In this document: positions 8,337 through 16,409 of the stretch, one piece after another
How the letters are laid out: every line of letters starts with the position of its first letter
Position numbering within the stretch: position 1 is the stretch's first letter
NCBI GenBank assembly: GCA_964599175.1
Contig: CAZREE010000003.1
Location: forward strand, 1 to 38,157
DNA: 38,157 nucleotides
Source of the DNA: an uncultured Syntrophorhabdus sp.
GTDB lineage: Bacteria > Desulfobacterota > BSN033 > UBA1163
Reading direction: 5' to 3'
Made by a program: the position numbers and the translations under genes
The notes under the pieces: model-generated
What the model was told of the DNA's origin: nothing
What the model saw: only the letters and a program-made list of their open reading frames with translations
The model's database searches: none

Positions 8337-8564
8337 CCTAAATTGAGCGATTCACCCTATCTCACAAGGGAGCCAGAGATGCCACAAACCCTTTTAGAAT
8401 GCGATACATTGAAGGATAGGGCAATAAACCTTAAGGGTTCACCAAACAGGTGATCATTGAACAGGCCTCATGGTTCATTCAACCTATTAAAGGTAATCGC
8501 TCTAAAAGGCTTTTCGGCCTCTCCGCCTCCCTTGTGAGGGGTGAAAAAATCGCTCAATTTAGGG
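8337..8564. repeat. 228-bp long imperfect palindrome (MITE-like element or structured RNA)
   Basis: Left arm cctaaattgagcgattcaccctatctcacaaggga (8337-8371) pairs with the reverse complement of 8528-8564. Blocks of 16 and 11 nt match exactly. Weaker complementarity continues inward (gccagagatgcc..ccttttaga vs tctaaaagg..ggcctctccgcc). Confidence 0.7.
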
Positions 8565-8585
8565 TTTAAAAATTGATGAGGATGG

Positions 8586-11063
8586 TTGTTGGTGAAAGAG
8601 CTTCTACCCCTTGTCTCAAAACCAGTCAGGTATCTGGGCAGGGAGATCAATTCAATCAGAAAAGATCCCTCCGAAGTTAGGCTGAGATTGTGCCTCGCTT
8701 TCCCGGATGTCTATGAAGTGGGCATGTCCCACGTCGGAATTCAGATCCTCTATCATATCCTCAACGAAAGAAAAGAGATTGCGTGCGAAAGGGTCTTTGC
8801 TCCCTGGGTCGATATGGAGAAGGTCTTAAGGGAGAAGAGAATTTCCCTGTCCTCTCTTGAGTCGTCCACTCCTCTGGGTCAATTTGATATCCTCGGCTTT
8901 TCCCTCCAGTATGAACTCTGCTTCACCAATGTCCTCAACATGCTCGATCTCTCCGGAATCCCTCTCTTTTCAAAGGATCGCGACGAGCGATTTCCTCTCA
9001 TCATTGCCGGAGGCCCGACCGCCTTTAATCCGGAGCCCGTTGCCGATTTCTTCGATGCCATTGTGATCGGAGATGGTGAAGAGGCGGCGCCTGAGATCTG
9101 CGATGTCGTCCTCCAATGGAAAGAGTCTCATGGGAAAAAAGGCGATCTCTTAACCTCGCTCTCTAAGCTGAAAGGCGTCTATGTCCCAGGCTTTTCTTAT
9201 GGCCATAAGGTTGAAAAGAGGGTTGTTTCTGACCTCAACCTCGCCCCTTTTCCCACCTGCCCCATCATCCCGTTTATGAAGGTGGTTCACGACCGGCTTA
9301 ATGTGGAGGTCGCCCGGGGTTGCAAACGGGGTTGCCGTTTCTGCGAGGCAGGGTTTATCTACCGACCTTATCGGGAGAGAGAGCCGAACGGGATTCAGGA
9401 GATTCTCATTGCCGGATTGAAACAGACAGGCTACGAAGAGATCTCCCTGCTCTCTCTCAGCGCGGGAGACTATTCCTCCATCGGGCCCCTTCTTTCGAAT
9501 CTGATGGACCGGTTTGAGCCGAAGCGGGTGGCGGTCTCTTTTCCGTCATTGAGGATTGAGAGCATCGTCGGCCGTCTCGCAGGGGAAGTGAAACGGGTCC
9601 GCAAGACAGGGTTCACCATTGCTCCCGAGGCCGCAACGGAACGGCTCCGAAAAGTGATCAATAAAGAGTTGGACGAAACCGTTCTCTTTCAGGGAGTGAG
9701 AGAACTATTCTCCATGGGCTGGAAGAATCTGAAGCTTTACTATATGATCGGTCTTCCTACAGAAAGGGAAGAGGACGTCAGGGGCATCCTCGACCTCTCC
9801 AGGAGGATCTCATCTCAAGGAGAACGTCAGAGGATTCACCCCCAGATCAGCGTTAGCGTCTCCACCTTTGTGCCCAAACCCCATACCCCCTTTCAGTGGG
9901 AACCGCAACTTTCTCTCAACGAGATGAAAGAGAGACTCCAATTTTTAAAGGAGAATTTGAAGAAGAAAAACCTTCGTCTGAAGTGGCAGGATCCTCATCT
10001 CAGTCTCCTCGAGGGGGTCTTTTCAATGGGAGACCGAAATCTATCGAGAGTCCTGGTCGAGGCCCATCGGCTTGGATGCCGGTTCGATGGCTGGAGCGAC
10101 CAGTTCCGTTATGACCTCTGGGAAAAGGCATTTGAGAAGGCCGGGCTGGAGATGACCGCCTACACCCGGAAGAAGGGATTTGAAGAAACGCTTCCCTGGT
10201 CCTTTATTGAAACAGGAATCAGAACGGACTTTCTATGGAAGGAGTATCAGAAAGGATTGGAGGAAGAAGTCAGCCCTCCCTGCACGGCAAAGGAGTGCCG
10301 TCGCTGCGGCCTCTGTGACGGAAAGGATATCGCCGTAAGGGAAGGGCGTCCCATGGAACTCCCTCCCTTAACAAAAGGGGAGAGGAGTGAGATTCGAAGG
10401 AAGGGGCTCAGGACAAAATTCCGCTTAGCGTTTGTGAAAAGAGGGGAGATCCGGTTTGTCAGCCATCTCGAATTAGCGCACCTCTTCTACCGGTCCGCCA
10501 AGAGAGCCGGGCTTTCGCTTCACCACTCCGAGGGATTTCATCCAATGCCGAGGATCGTCTTCGAAAAGGCCCTTCCGGTGGGGGTGGAGAGTCTGAGGGA
10601 GATCGTTGACATCGAATTGGAGGGAAGACTCTCATCAACGGAACTGATGGAGAAGCTCAATCAGAGCCTTCCGGAGGGGATTGAAATCATTGAAGTCAGA
10701 GAAGTCCTGTTCCCGACGGCTTCTTCATCTCTTCCGCATCGGTCGGCCTACCGGATTTCACTGGATCATCTCCTCTCAAAAGGAGAGGCGCAATCGAGGC
10801 TGAAAAAGGCGATGGAGAAAGGAGAACTCTTCATCCTTCAGGAGAGGAAGGAGAAGGAGAGGAGGATCGATCTTCTGCCCCTGATCGAGAGGGTTGAAGT
10901 GAAGGAGGCAACGGGAGATCCGGATCAAGAGACCGGCCCTGTTTTAGAACTCGTTCTAAGAAGCTTCGAGGGAAAGACAGCCAAACCCCATGAGGCAGTC
11001 GGAGCCCTGTTGGGTCTACAGGGAGAAGCGCTTGCACAGTGCAGAATCATCAAGGTAGAATAA
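8586..11063 (+). CDS. B12-binding-domain radical SAM protein (TIGR03960-like) fused to a DUF2344/TIGR03936-like C-terminal domain
   Basis: 825-aa ORF with radical SAM motif VARGCKRGCRFCEAG (CxxxCxxC). The N-terminus LPLVSKPVRYLGREIN is typical of this family. The C-terminal third (FVKRGEIRFVSHLEL...) resembles the radical-SAM-associated domain. It lies directly upstream of rng, as in many genomes. Start is TTG8586 or GTG8592. Confidence 0.75.
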   Translation: MLVKELLPLVSKPVRYLGREINSIRKDPSEVRLRLCLAFPDVYEVGMSHVGIQILYHILNERKEIACERVFAPWVDMEKVLREKRISLSSLESSTPLGQFDILGFSLQYELCFTNVLNMLDLSGIPLFSKDRDERFPLIIAGGPTAFNPEPVADFFDAIVIGDGEEAAPEICDVVLQWKESHGKKGDLLTSLSKLKGVYVPGFSYGHKVEKRVVSDLNLAPFPTCPIIPFMKVVHDRLNVEVARGCKRGCRFCEAGFIYRPYREREPNGIQEILIAGLKQTGYEEISLLSLSAGDYSSIGPLLSNLMDRFEPKRVAVSFPSLRIESIVGRLAGEVKRVRKTGFTIAPEAATERLRKVINKELDETVLFQGVRELFSMGWKNLKLYYMIGLPTEREEDVRGILDLSRRISSQGERQRIHPQISVSVSTFVPKPHTPFQWEPQLSLNEMKERLQFLKENLKKKNLRLKWQDPHLSLLEGVFSMGDRNLSRVLVEAHRLGCRFDGWSDQFRYDLWEKAFEKAGLEMTAYTRKKGFEETLPWSFIETGIRTDFLWKEYQKGLEEEVSPPCTAKECRRCGLCDGKDIAVREGRPMELPPLTKGERSEIRRKGLRTKFRLAFVKRGEIRFVSHLELAHLFYRSAKRAGLSLHHSEGFHPMPRIVFEKALPVGVESLREIVDIELEGRLSSTELMEKLNQSLPEGIEIIEVREVLFPTASSSLPHRSAYRISLDHLLSKGEAQSRLKKAMEKGELFILQERKEKERRIDLLPLIERVEVKEATGDPDQETGPVLELVLRSFEGKTAKPHEAVGALLGLQGEALAQCRIIKVE

Positions 11064-11064
11064 A

Positions 11065-11217
11065 CCTAATAACCAAATTCCCTGCCTACCGGCCCCGGTC
11101 CCGCACTATTAATAGACCGAGGGCGGGGCAGGCAGGAATAATCAACATCCAAAATGAAAATATTGGAATTTGGTGATTGGTTATTATTTGGAGTTTGGGA
11201 TTTGGTTATTGGAATTT
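11065..11217. repeat. family-1 composite palindromic repeat, copy 1 (GC hairpin core plus ATTGG-rich arm)
   Basis: Core cctgcctaccggccccggtcccgcactattaatagaccgagggcggggcaggcagg (11081-11136) is nearly identical to 16961-17016. Flanks are aataaccaaat / atttggttattgg motifs. Confidence 0.8.
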
Positions 11218-11234
11218 AGTTGAATGGAGCCTTT

Positions 11235-12725
11235 ATGGCCAACGAACTCGTTATCAATGTGACGCCTCAGGAGACAAGAGTCGCTCTTCTCGAAGATCGA
11301 GTCCTCGCAGAGCTCCACATCGAACGGACCCGGGACAGGGGGATCATCGGAAATATCTATAAGGGGAAGGTCGTCAAGGTCTTGCCGGGAATGCAGGCCG
11401 CCTTTGTGGATATCGGGCTGGAAAAGGCCGCCTTCCTCTATGTCGCCGATGTCTATGGAAGGATGGAGGAGTATGAGGAGATGGGTTTTTTCGGTATGGA
11501 GACGGCCAACTATTTCAATCCTCCGTCACAGATCCAGGACCTCCTCTTTGAGGGCCAGGAGGTGCTGGTTCAGGTCTCCAAAGAACCCATCGGAACGAAA
11601 GGCACCCGGATCACCTCCCACATCACTTTTCCAGGCCGTTATCTCGTCTTCATGCCCACCGTGGATCACATAGGGGTCTCGAGGAGAATCCGGGATGAGA
11701 AGGAACGCAAGCGATTGAGGGAAATCGCTCAGTCGATCAAGCCTCCCTCGGGCGGCATCATCGTCCGGACGGCCAGCGAAGGTGCGGAACCCGATGAGAT
11801 CCAAAGTGATATGGAGTTTCTTCGTCAACTCTGGAGCAATATCCAGAGGAAGAAGGAGAATAGTTCTGTTCCCTCCCTGATCCACAGCGATCTGACCTTG
11901 ATTCTCCGAATGATTCGAGACCTCCTCTCCCCTCAGATCAACCGGATCATCATCGATTCGAAAGAAGAATATGAGAACATCGTTTCCTTCATCAACACCT
12001 ACATGGCCAAGCAGAAATATGAGATTCTCCTTTATGAGGAGAAGGGACCCATCTTTGACGCCTATGGCATCGAAATGGAGATCGACAAGATTCTTGGAAG
12101 GAAGGTCTGGCTCAAATCAGGAGGCTATATCGTCATCGATGTCAGCGAGGCCATGGTGTCCATCGATGTGAATACCGGCCGATATGTCGGTAAAAGGAAT
12201 CTGGCTGATACGATCCTGAAGACGAACCTTGAGGCGGCTAAGGAGATCGCCTACCAGTTGAGGGTGCGCAATATCGGAGGGATCATCATCATCGATTTCA
12301 TCGACATGGAGCGGGAGGGCGATAAGGAGAAGGTCTATCAAGCCCTGGAGGAGGCTATCAAGAAGGACCGACAGAAGACCAATATCTTCAAGATCTCAGA
12401 ATTAGGGCTGGTAGAGATGACCCGTAAGCGGACGCGCGAGAACATTTCAAGGGTCCTCGGAGAACCGTGCCCGTACTGTGAAGGGTCGGGTCATGTCAAG
12501 TCGAAGGTTACGGTCTGTTACGATATCTTCCGTGAAATCGAAAGAACAACCTCTGAGCTTGGAGGCCACAACATCATGGTCGAGGCGCACCCGGATGTGG
12601 CAGACCTCCTCTATGAAGAGGAAAGGGCCAGGGTGGAGGAGTTGGAGAGGAAGCTGAAGAAGAAGGTCGTAATCAAGGCCAAGTCCGGCTTTCACCAGGA
12701 ACAATTCAACATCATCGAAGTTTGA
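11235..12725 (+). CDS. rng: Rne/Rng family ribonuclease (RNase G)
   Basis: S1 domain GNIYKGKVVKVLPGMQAAFVDIG, catalytic core blocks SIDVNTG and GGIIIIDFIDM, and Zn-link CPYCEGSG. ATG11235 is preferred over the TTG11220 start, which lies inside the repeat. Confidence 0.85.
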   Translation: MANELVINVTPQETRVALLEDRVLAELHIERTRDRGIIGNIYKGKVVKVLPGMQAAFVDIGLEKAAFLYVADVYGRMEEYEEMGFFGMETANYFNPPSQIQDLLFEGQEVLVQVSKEPIGTKGTRITSHITFPGRYLVFMPTVDHIGVSRRIRDEKERKRLREIAQSIKPPSGGIIVRTASEGAEPDEIQSDMEFLRQLWSNIQRKKENSSVPSLIHSDLTLILRMIRDLLSPQINRIIIDSKEEYENIVSFINTYMAKQKYEILLYEEKGPIFDAYGIEMEIDKILGRKVWLKSGGYIVIDVSEAMVSIDVNTGRYVGKRNLADTILKTNLEAAKEIAYQLRVRNIGGIIIIDFIDMEREGDKEKVYQALEEAIKKDRQKTNIFKISELGLVEMTRKRTRENISRVLGEPCPYCEGSGHVKSKVTVCYDIFREIERTTSELGGHNIMVEAHPDVADLLYEEERARVEELERKLKKKVVIKAKSGFHQEQFNIIEV

Positions 12726-12754
12726 GGCCTATTCAAAAAGAGTAAATAAATTAT

Positions 12755-12798
12755 TTTGTTGACAAATTGAACTTAATTTATTATTTTATATCAACAAA
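12755..12798 (+). promoter_or_regulatory. candidate promoter/operator of the HTH-ImmA gene
   Basis: TTGACA at 12759-12764 with a TATTTT-like -10 17 nt downstream. An 8-bp inverted repeat tttgttga (12755-12762) / tcaacaaa (12791-12798) brackets it. Confidence 0.3.
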
Positions 12799-12836
12799 TG
12801 TTTAAAATCATAACATATTTTCCCAGCCCTAAATAA

Positions 12837-14027
12837 ATGGACACCTTAATAGGCAAAAAACTTAAAGAATTACGGGAAGTTAACGGATATACTCAGGAAG
12901 AAATCTTCCGTATCACTGGAATTAACCGAAGTAAACTTAGCCAGGTTGAAAATGGGAAGATGAGGATATCCAATGAAGAGCTTTACAGGATATCCAGGCT
13001 TCTTGGCCAACCCCTCGAATACTTTTTTGAAGAGGAAGAAAAACCTGCCGGCAACGTTCTCCTGTTTAGGGCAAAGGGTTCTCTTGATCAAGAAGACTTG
13101 GAGCTCGTGAAGCATTGCCGGGAGATAGGAATAAACTACACTGAACTTGAGGAATTAATATCCGAAGAAAACATCCACCCGGACTTTCGCACCTATTCAT
13201 ATCCATCCAATGTCCCTTTTTCTAATATAGCCAAAACAGTTGCCCGAAAGGAACGTCAATCTCTAAAATTGGGTCCAAGTGATCCCGTGCCGCTTAGATC
13301 GATTCTTCAGGAGCAAGGGATATTGGTACTTGAAATCAGTTTCAAATCAGACACACTGGATGGGTTTTTCTTTATCCATGATAAACGACCTGTGATCATT
13401 GCAAATGCCCATAACAAAAACCCATTTTCAAGGAATTTTGTCATTGCTCATGAATTTGCACATGTGCTTCTGGATAGCAGTACTCTTTCACGCTTTTGCA
13501 ATTCGATTGAGAAATCCGAAGAGGTTGTTGAGAAACGTGCGAATTTCTTTTCGAACGAATTTTTATTGCCCGAAGAAGCCCTCGAAATATATTTCAGTGA
13601 ATGTGGATATACAAAAGGGAAATCGAAAATCCAGAAGTATGATCTTTACTACCTGATCGATCATTTTCAATTAAGTAGAGAAATCGTTCTCAATCGCCTG
13701 TTCTTTACCGGATGGATCTCCGAGGACGAAAGGGGTAAGTTCCTGGAAATCGATGGGATTGCCAAGGATATGGAACGAATGGGGTTTTCGAATGAATATA
13801 CCCGATATTACATAGACCGGAAAGAAGACGAAACGGTCTCTGAATATCCCATCTTTAACATGCTAACCGAGCGATATCGGTTCCTGGCCAAGACCGCATA
13901 CACGACATCTAAGATCACTTTTGGAAAGCTCAGCGAATATTTATTTCTCCCCAAAGACCAGATTGAAATCCTCTTCGGAATTGGGAAGAAAGAGCCAACC
14001 GTGGAGGAAGTTCTTGGGTTGTCTTAA
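12837..14027 (+). CDS. XRE-family HTH fused to ImmA/IrrE (M78, COG2856-type) zinc metallopeptidase
   Basis: N-terminal HTH LKELREVNGYTQEEIFRITGINRSKLSQVENGK. HExxH motif VIAHEFAHVLLD followed by ANFFSNEFLLPEEAL, typical of ImmA/IrrE. Confidence 0.8.
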   Translation: MDTLIGKKLKELREVNGYTQEEIFRITGINRSKLSQVENGKMRISNEELYRISRLLGQPLEYFFEEEEKPAGNVLLFRAKGSLDQEDLELVKHCREIGINYTELEELISEENIHPDFRTYSYPSNVPFSNIAKTVARKERQSLKLGPSDPVPLRSILQEQGILVLEISFKSDTLDGFFFIHDKRPVIIANAHNKNPFSRNFVIAHEFAHVLLDSSTLSRFCNSIEKSEEVVEKRANFFSNEFLLPEEALEIYFSECGYTKGKSKIQKYDLYYLIDHFQLSREIVLNRLFFTGWISEDERGKFLEIDGIAKDMERMGFSNEYTRYYIDRKEDETVSEYPIFNMLTERYRFLAKTAYTTSKITFGKLSEYLFLPKDQIEILFGIGKKEPTVEEVLGLS

Positions 14028-14589
14028 TGTAATCATTGATTCAGATATTATCTTCCTCCTTGTCTCCATTCAAAAACATCACTATTTCAATCTTATTAAA
14101 ACTGCTCTCAAATGGCAGATTATTATCTCCCAGGAAATCGATGGAGAGATCGAGGATCCGGTTTCTTCTTCGGTGAAAGAGAAATTGGTAAAAGAAGGTG
14201 TCTGGGAATATTTCTCTCCAGCCGATCTCCAGCAAGAGAAAGCAATCATGCGAAAATATAATGACCTCCGAAAAATCATACACAAAGGAGAAGCCAGTTG
14301 TTACGCCATTGCCTATTGTGCGGGTTTTTCGGTGTTATCTCACGATCATGAAGCAAACCGTCTGCTCCCCTTGGAGATAAGGGAAAAAGTCAAATGGTAT
14401 TCTTTTTATGAGATGCTTTATCTTTTGAACAGAGAGAAGGCAATCTCGGAACAAGAAGCAGAGGAGTGTATAAAATCATTAGGCCAGATTCCAACTTTCA
14501 CACTTCCGGTAGCAATTCGGCAGGGAGGATTCTCCGAAATTAAAGGGATTTTTAACAAGAAATATTCCCCCCGAAATATTACCGAGTAA
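14014..14589 (+). CDS. PIN-like nuclease-fold protein (possibly DUF4411-type), putative toxin partner of the HTH-ImmA gene
   Basis: The frame overlaps the end of the previous gene. TTG14014 lies 6 nt after GGAGG. N-terminus is VIIDSDIIF (PIN strand-1 Asp). Later acidic positions are QEIDGEIED and GEASCYAIAY...VLSHDHEA (PIN-like helix plus Asp). Start uncertain. Confidence 0.55.
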   Translation: MGCLNVIIDSDIIFLLVSIQKHHYFNLIKTALKWQIIISQEIDGEIEDPVSSSVKEKLVKEGVWEYFSPADLQQEKAIMRKYNDLRKIIHKGEASCYAIAYCAGFSVLSHDHEANRLLPLEIREKVKWYSFYEMLYLLNREKAISEQEAEECIKSLGQIPTFTLPVAIRQGGFSEIKGIFNKKYSPRNITE

Positions 14590-14733
14590 AGCGGCGCGTG
14601 TTTCAGCGGTTCAACTCCTATCAACCACGTCCTCTCTTCTTTAAAAGACGAACCTTTCCATTGCTCCCCTCTGCAAATTGCAGACTATTTACTGATCACT
14701 GGCCTTTTATCACTAACCACCTTTCTTAAAAAA

Positions 14734-14762
14734 TTGCCATAAACCCAAATTTTTGGTATAAA
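14734..14762 (+). promoter_or_regulatory. sigma70-like promoter
   Basis: TTGCCA (14734-14739), 17-nt spacer, TATAAA (14757-14762). Confidence 0.45.
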
Positions 14763-14863
14763 GGAGTCGCTCGCCGGGTTAGAACGGATCCGAGAAACTC
14801 AAGGTTGGGATTGAAAACAAAGCTTGTAAGGACACGGGATATGATTCTGGAATAGTAGCCATT

Positions 14864-15271
14864 GTGAAAAAGGCCGGGATTTCGTACCCATGTGCGGTGC
14901 TCTCAAAAGTGCGCACTGTGAGTGGCACTGAAGATCACCTGCCGATGCTCGATTTTCGCTGTTCGATATCAGGTGTAAATCTTATCTCTCTCCAGCGGGT
15001 TGCCATGCGACCCCTTGATTGCCCTTGGGTGATCATTGAGTCAGAACAGTCATACCATTTGCTTGGGGCGTCATTGATAAGTGATAGAGAATTGACGAAA
15101 TTTTTCGGAAGAGCAATCCTGCTTGGTCCGCTTGTGGATAGGAACTACGTCGCCCATCAGCTCATAAACGGAAATGCGGCACTCCGCGTCGTAAATGCAC
15201 CCAGCGGGACTGGATTGAAGACCCGAATGACGACCTTCCCACTTGACACGTGGGAGAATTCGATTCAGTAA
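14864..15271 (+). CDS. hypothetical protein (orphan, no recognisable domain)
   Basis: 135-aa GTG-start ORF about 100 nt downstream of the 14734 promoter. Its composition is more protein-like than the overlapping minus-strand ORF 15071-15358. Confidence 0.3.
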   Translation: MKKAGISYPCAVLSKVRTVSGTEDHLPMLDFRCSISGVNLISLQRVAMRPLDCPWVIIESEQSYHLLGASLISDRELTKFFGRAILLGPLVDRNYVAHQLINGNAALRVVNAPSGTGLKTRMTTFPLDTWENSIQ

Positions 15272-15350
15272 ATAGTTTTCAGAAGAGTGAGCTTTCCAAG
15301 ATATCCTTTGGGCTGGTTGAGTCACAACAGAAATTTTATAGGAGCATAAG

Positions 15351-15596
15351 ATGGTCAAACGTACACCGCTGGTATGTCAACAGTTGGAAAACATTTCACG
15401 AGAAGCCTTAGGAAAATATCAGGATATCATCCGGCAGTATGTTCGACGGAGGCATGGAGTCTACGCCCTTTATCGGCGAGGGAAAATCCACTATGTCGGC
15501 TTGGCCAGCAACCTTCGATCTCGGCTCGCACGTTATCTTAGAGACCGGCATCAGAACTCATGGGACCGGTTCAGTGTTTACCTGGCTGCAGGTTGA
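15351..15596 (+). CDS. GIY-YIG nuclease-like protein, apparently C-terminally truncated
   Basis: TAGGAG RBS. GVYALYRRGKIHYVGLASNLRSRLARYL matches the GIY...YIG...R motifs. The ORF stops about 45 aa after GIY, before the expected catalytic Glu region. Confidence 0.45.
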   Translation: MVKRTPLVCQQLENISREALGKYQDIIRQYVRRRHGVYALYRRGKIHYVGLASNLRSRLARYLRDRHQNSWDRFSVYLAAG

Positions 15597-15687
15597 CAGA
15601 ATAACTTCATTTCTTCCGTTATACTGTGTTAAAATGAAAAAATATGGACGTGTATGAATAAGTCATAAGATTTTGAAGGGTGAAATC

Positions 15688-16014
15688 ATGACAAAAAAAC
15701 AGATTAACGAAGCTGTCCAAGAATTGAAGTTGAAACTCCGAACGCTGTTCGGAGAAGACATCGAGTTGAAGTTATTCGGTTCTGCGGTGCGAGGCGACTA
15801 CAGGAAGCATTCGGATATTGATGTTCTGGTTTTGCTGCCGCGAAGGGTCAATAATGCTATAGAGGAGAAGGTTTTCGATGCAGCTTACGACATCGAACTA
15901 AGACACGGTGTCATCTTCGGGATCATTGTTTATGCAAGAGAATTCTGGCGCTCGGAGGTGGCAGGGAGTATGCCCCTTTATCAGAATATCGAGAGAGAAG
16001 GCGTCGCCGTATGA
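15688..16014 (+). CDS. minimal nucleotidyltransferase (MNT/MntA-type antitoxin)
   Basis: LFGSAVRGDYRKHSDIDVLVLL matches GSxxRG...DxD of the pol-beta superfamily. It overlaps the next gene by ATGA. Confidence 0.8.
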   Translation: MTKKQINEAVQELKLKLRTLFGEDIELKLFGSAVRGDYRKHSDIDVLVLLPRRVNNAIEEKVFDAAYDIELRHGVIFGIIVYAREFWRSEVAGSMPLYQNIEREGVAV

Positions 16015-16409
16015 AAGAGGAGTTGATTCGTTACAGGCAGAGAAAGGCGCGGGAAACCTTAGAGGATGCTGACTTGCTCTTTCATTCAGGCAGATTGTTT
16101 TCAACATTGAACCGCATCTATTATGCCCTGTTCTATGAGGTTGTGGCACTTTTTTTGACCGCAGACCTTTCCTCGGCCAAACATACGGGTGTCCGTGCCC
16201 TGTTCAATGAGCATTTCGTTAAGTCAGGAAAGGTTCCTGTGGAGTTAGGCCGATTTTACTCCAGAATATATGACTTTCGACAGAAGGGCGATTATGGGGA
16301 TTTTGTAGAATTTGAGAGAGAAAAGGTGAAAGAGTGGCTTGACCAAGCCTCTATGTTCCTGGACGAAATGGATAAGATAATCAAAAAGGAAACGAAAGCA
16401 TATCAATAA
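16011..16409 (+). CDS. HEPN domain protein (HepT-type toxin partner of MNT)
   Basis: 132 aa, helical, translationally coupled to the MNT gene. HEPN-like blocks are AKHTGVRALFNEHFV and DFRQKGDY. Confidence 0.7.
   Translation: MKEELIRYRQRKARETLEDADLLFHSGRLFSTLNRIYYALFYEVVALFLTADLSSAKHTGVRALFNEHFVKSGKVPVELGRFYSRIYDFRQKGDYGDFVEFEREKVKEWLDQASMFLDEMDKIIKKETKAYQ

Noticed and set aside
11064-11219. Possibility that the short-period intergenic repeats represent a CRISPR array.
   Set aside because: The units are degenerate 5-12-nt motifs arranged as inverted arms. They are not 25-40-nt direct repeats with unique spacers of regular length. No cas genes are present in the window.
11177-11362. ORFs or N-terminal extensions that begin inside family-1 repeats (11177-11362, the 17077 start of rpmA, the 36670 start of the transporter, 20938-21156 minus strand).
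   Set aside because: The ATTGG-rich arms translate into W/L/G/I-rich peptides (for example [28 protein letters not shown]) in every copy. The canonical starts with SD sequences lie downstream. These are repeat-derived artefacts.
15071-15358. 95-aa minus-strand ORF overlapping the orphan + strand ORF and the GIY-YIG start.
   Set aside because: It has no RBS, its sequence is Ser/Cys/His-rich and junk-like, and it runs against the promoter and SD signals seen on the + strand. Confidence in the + strand ORF is itself low.
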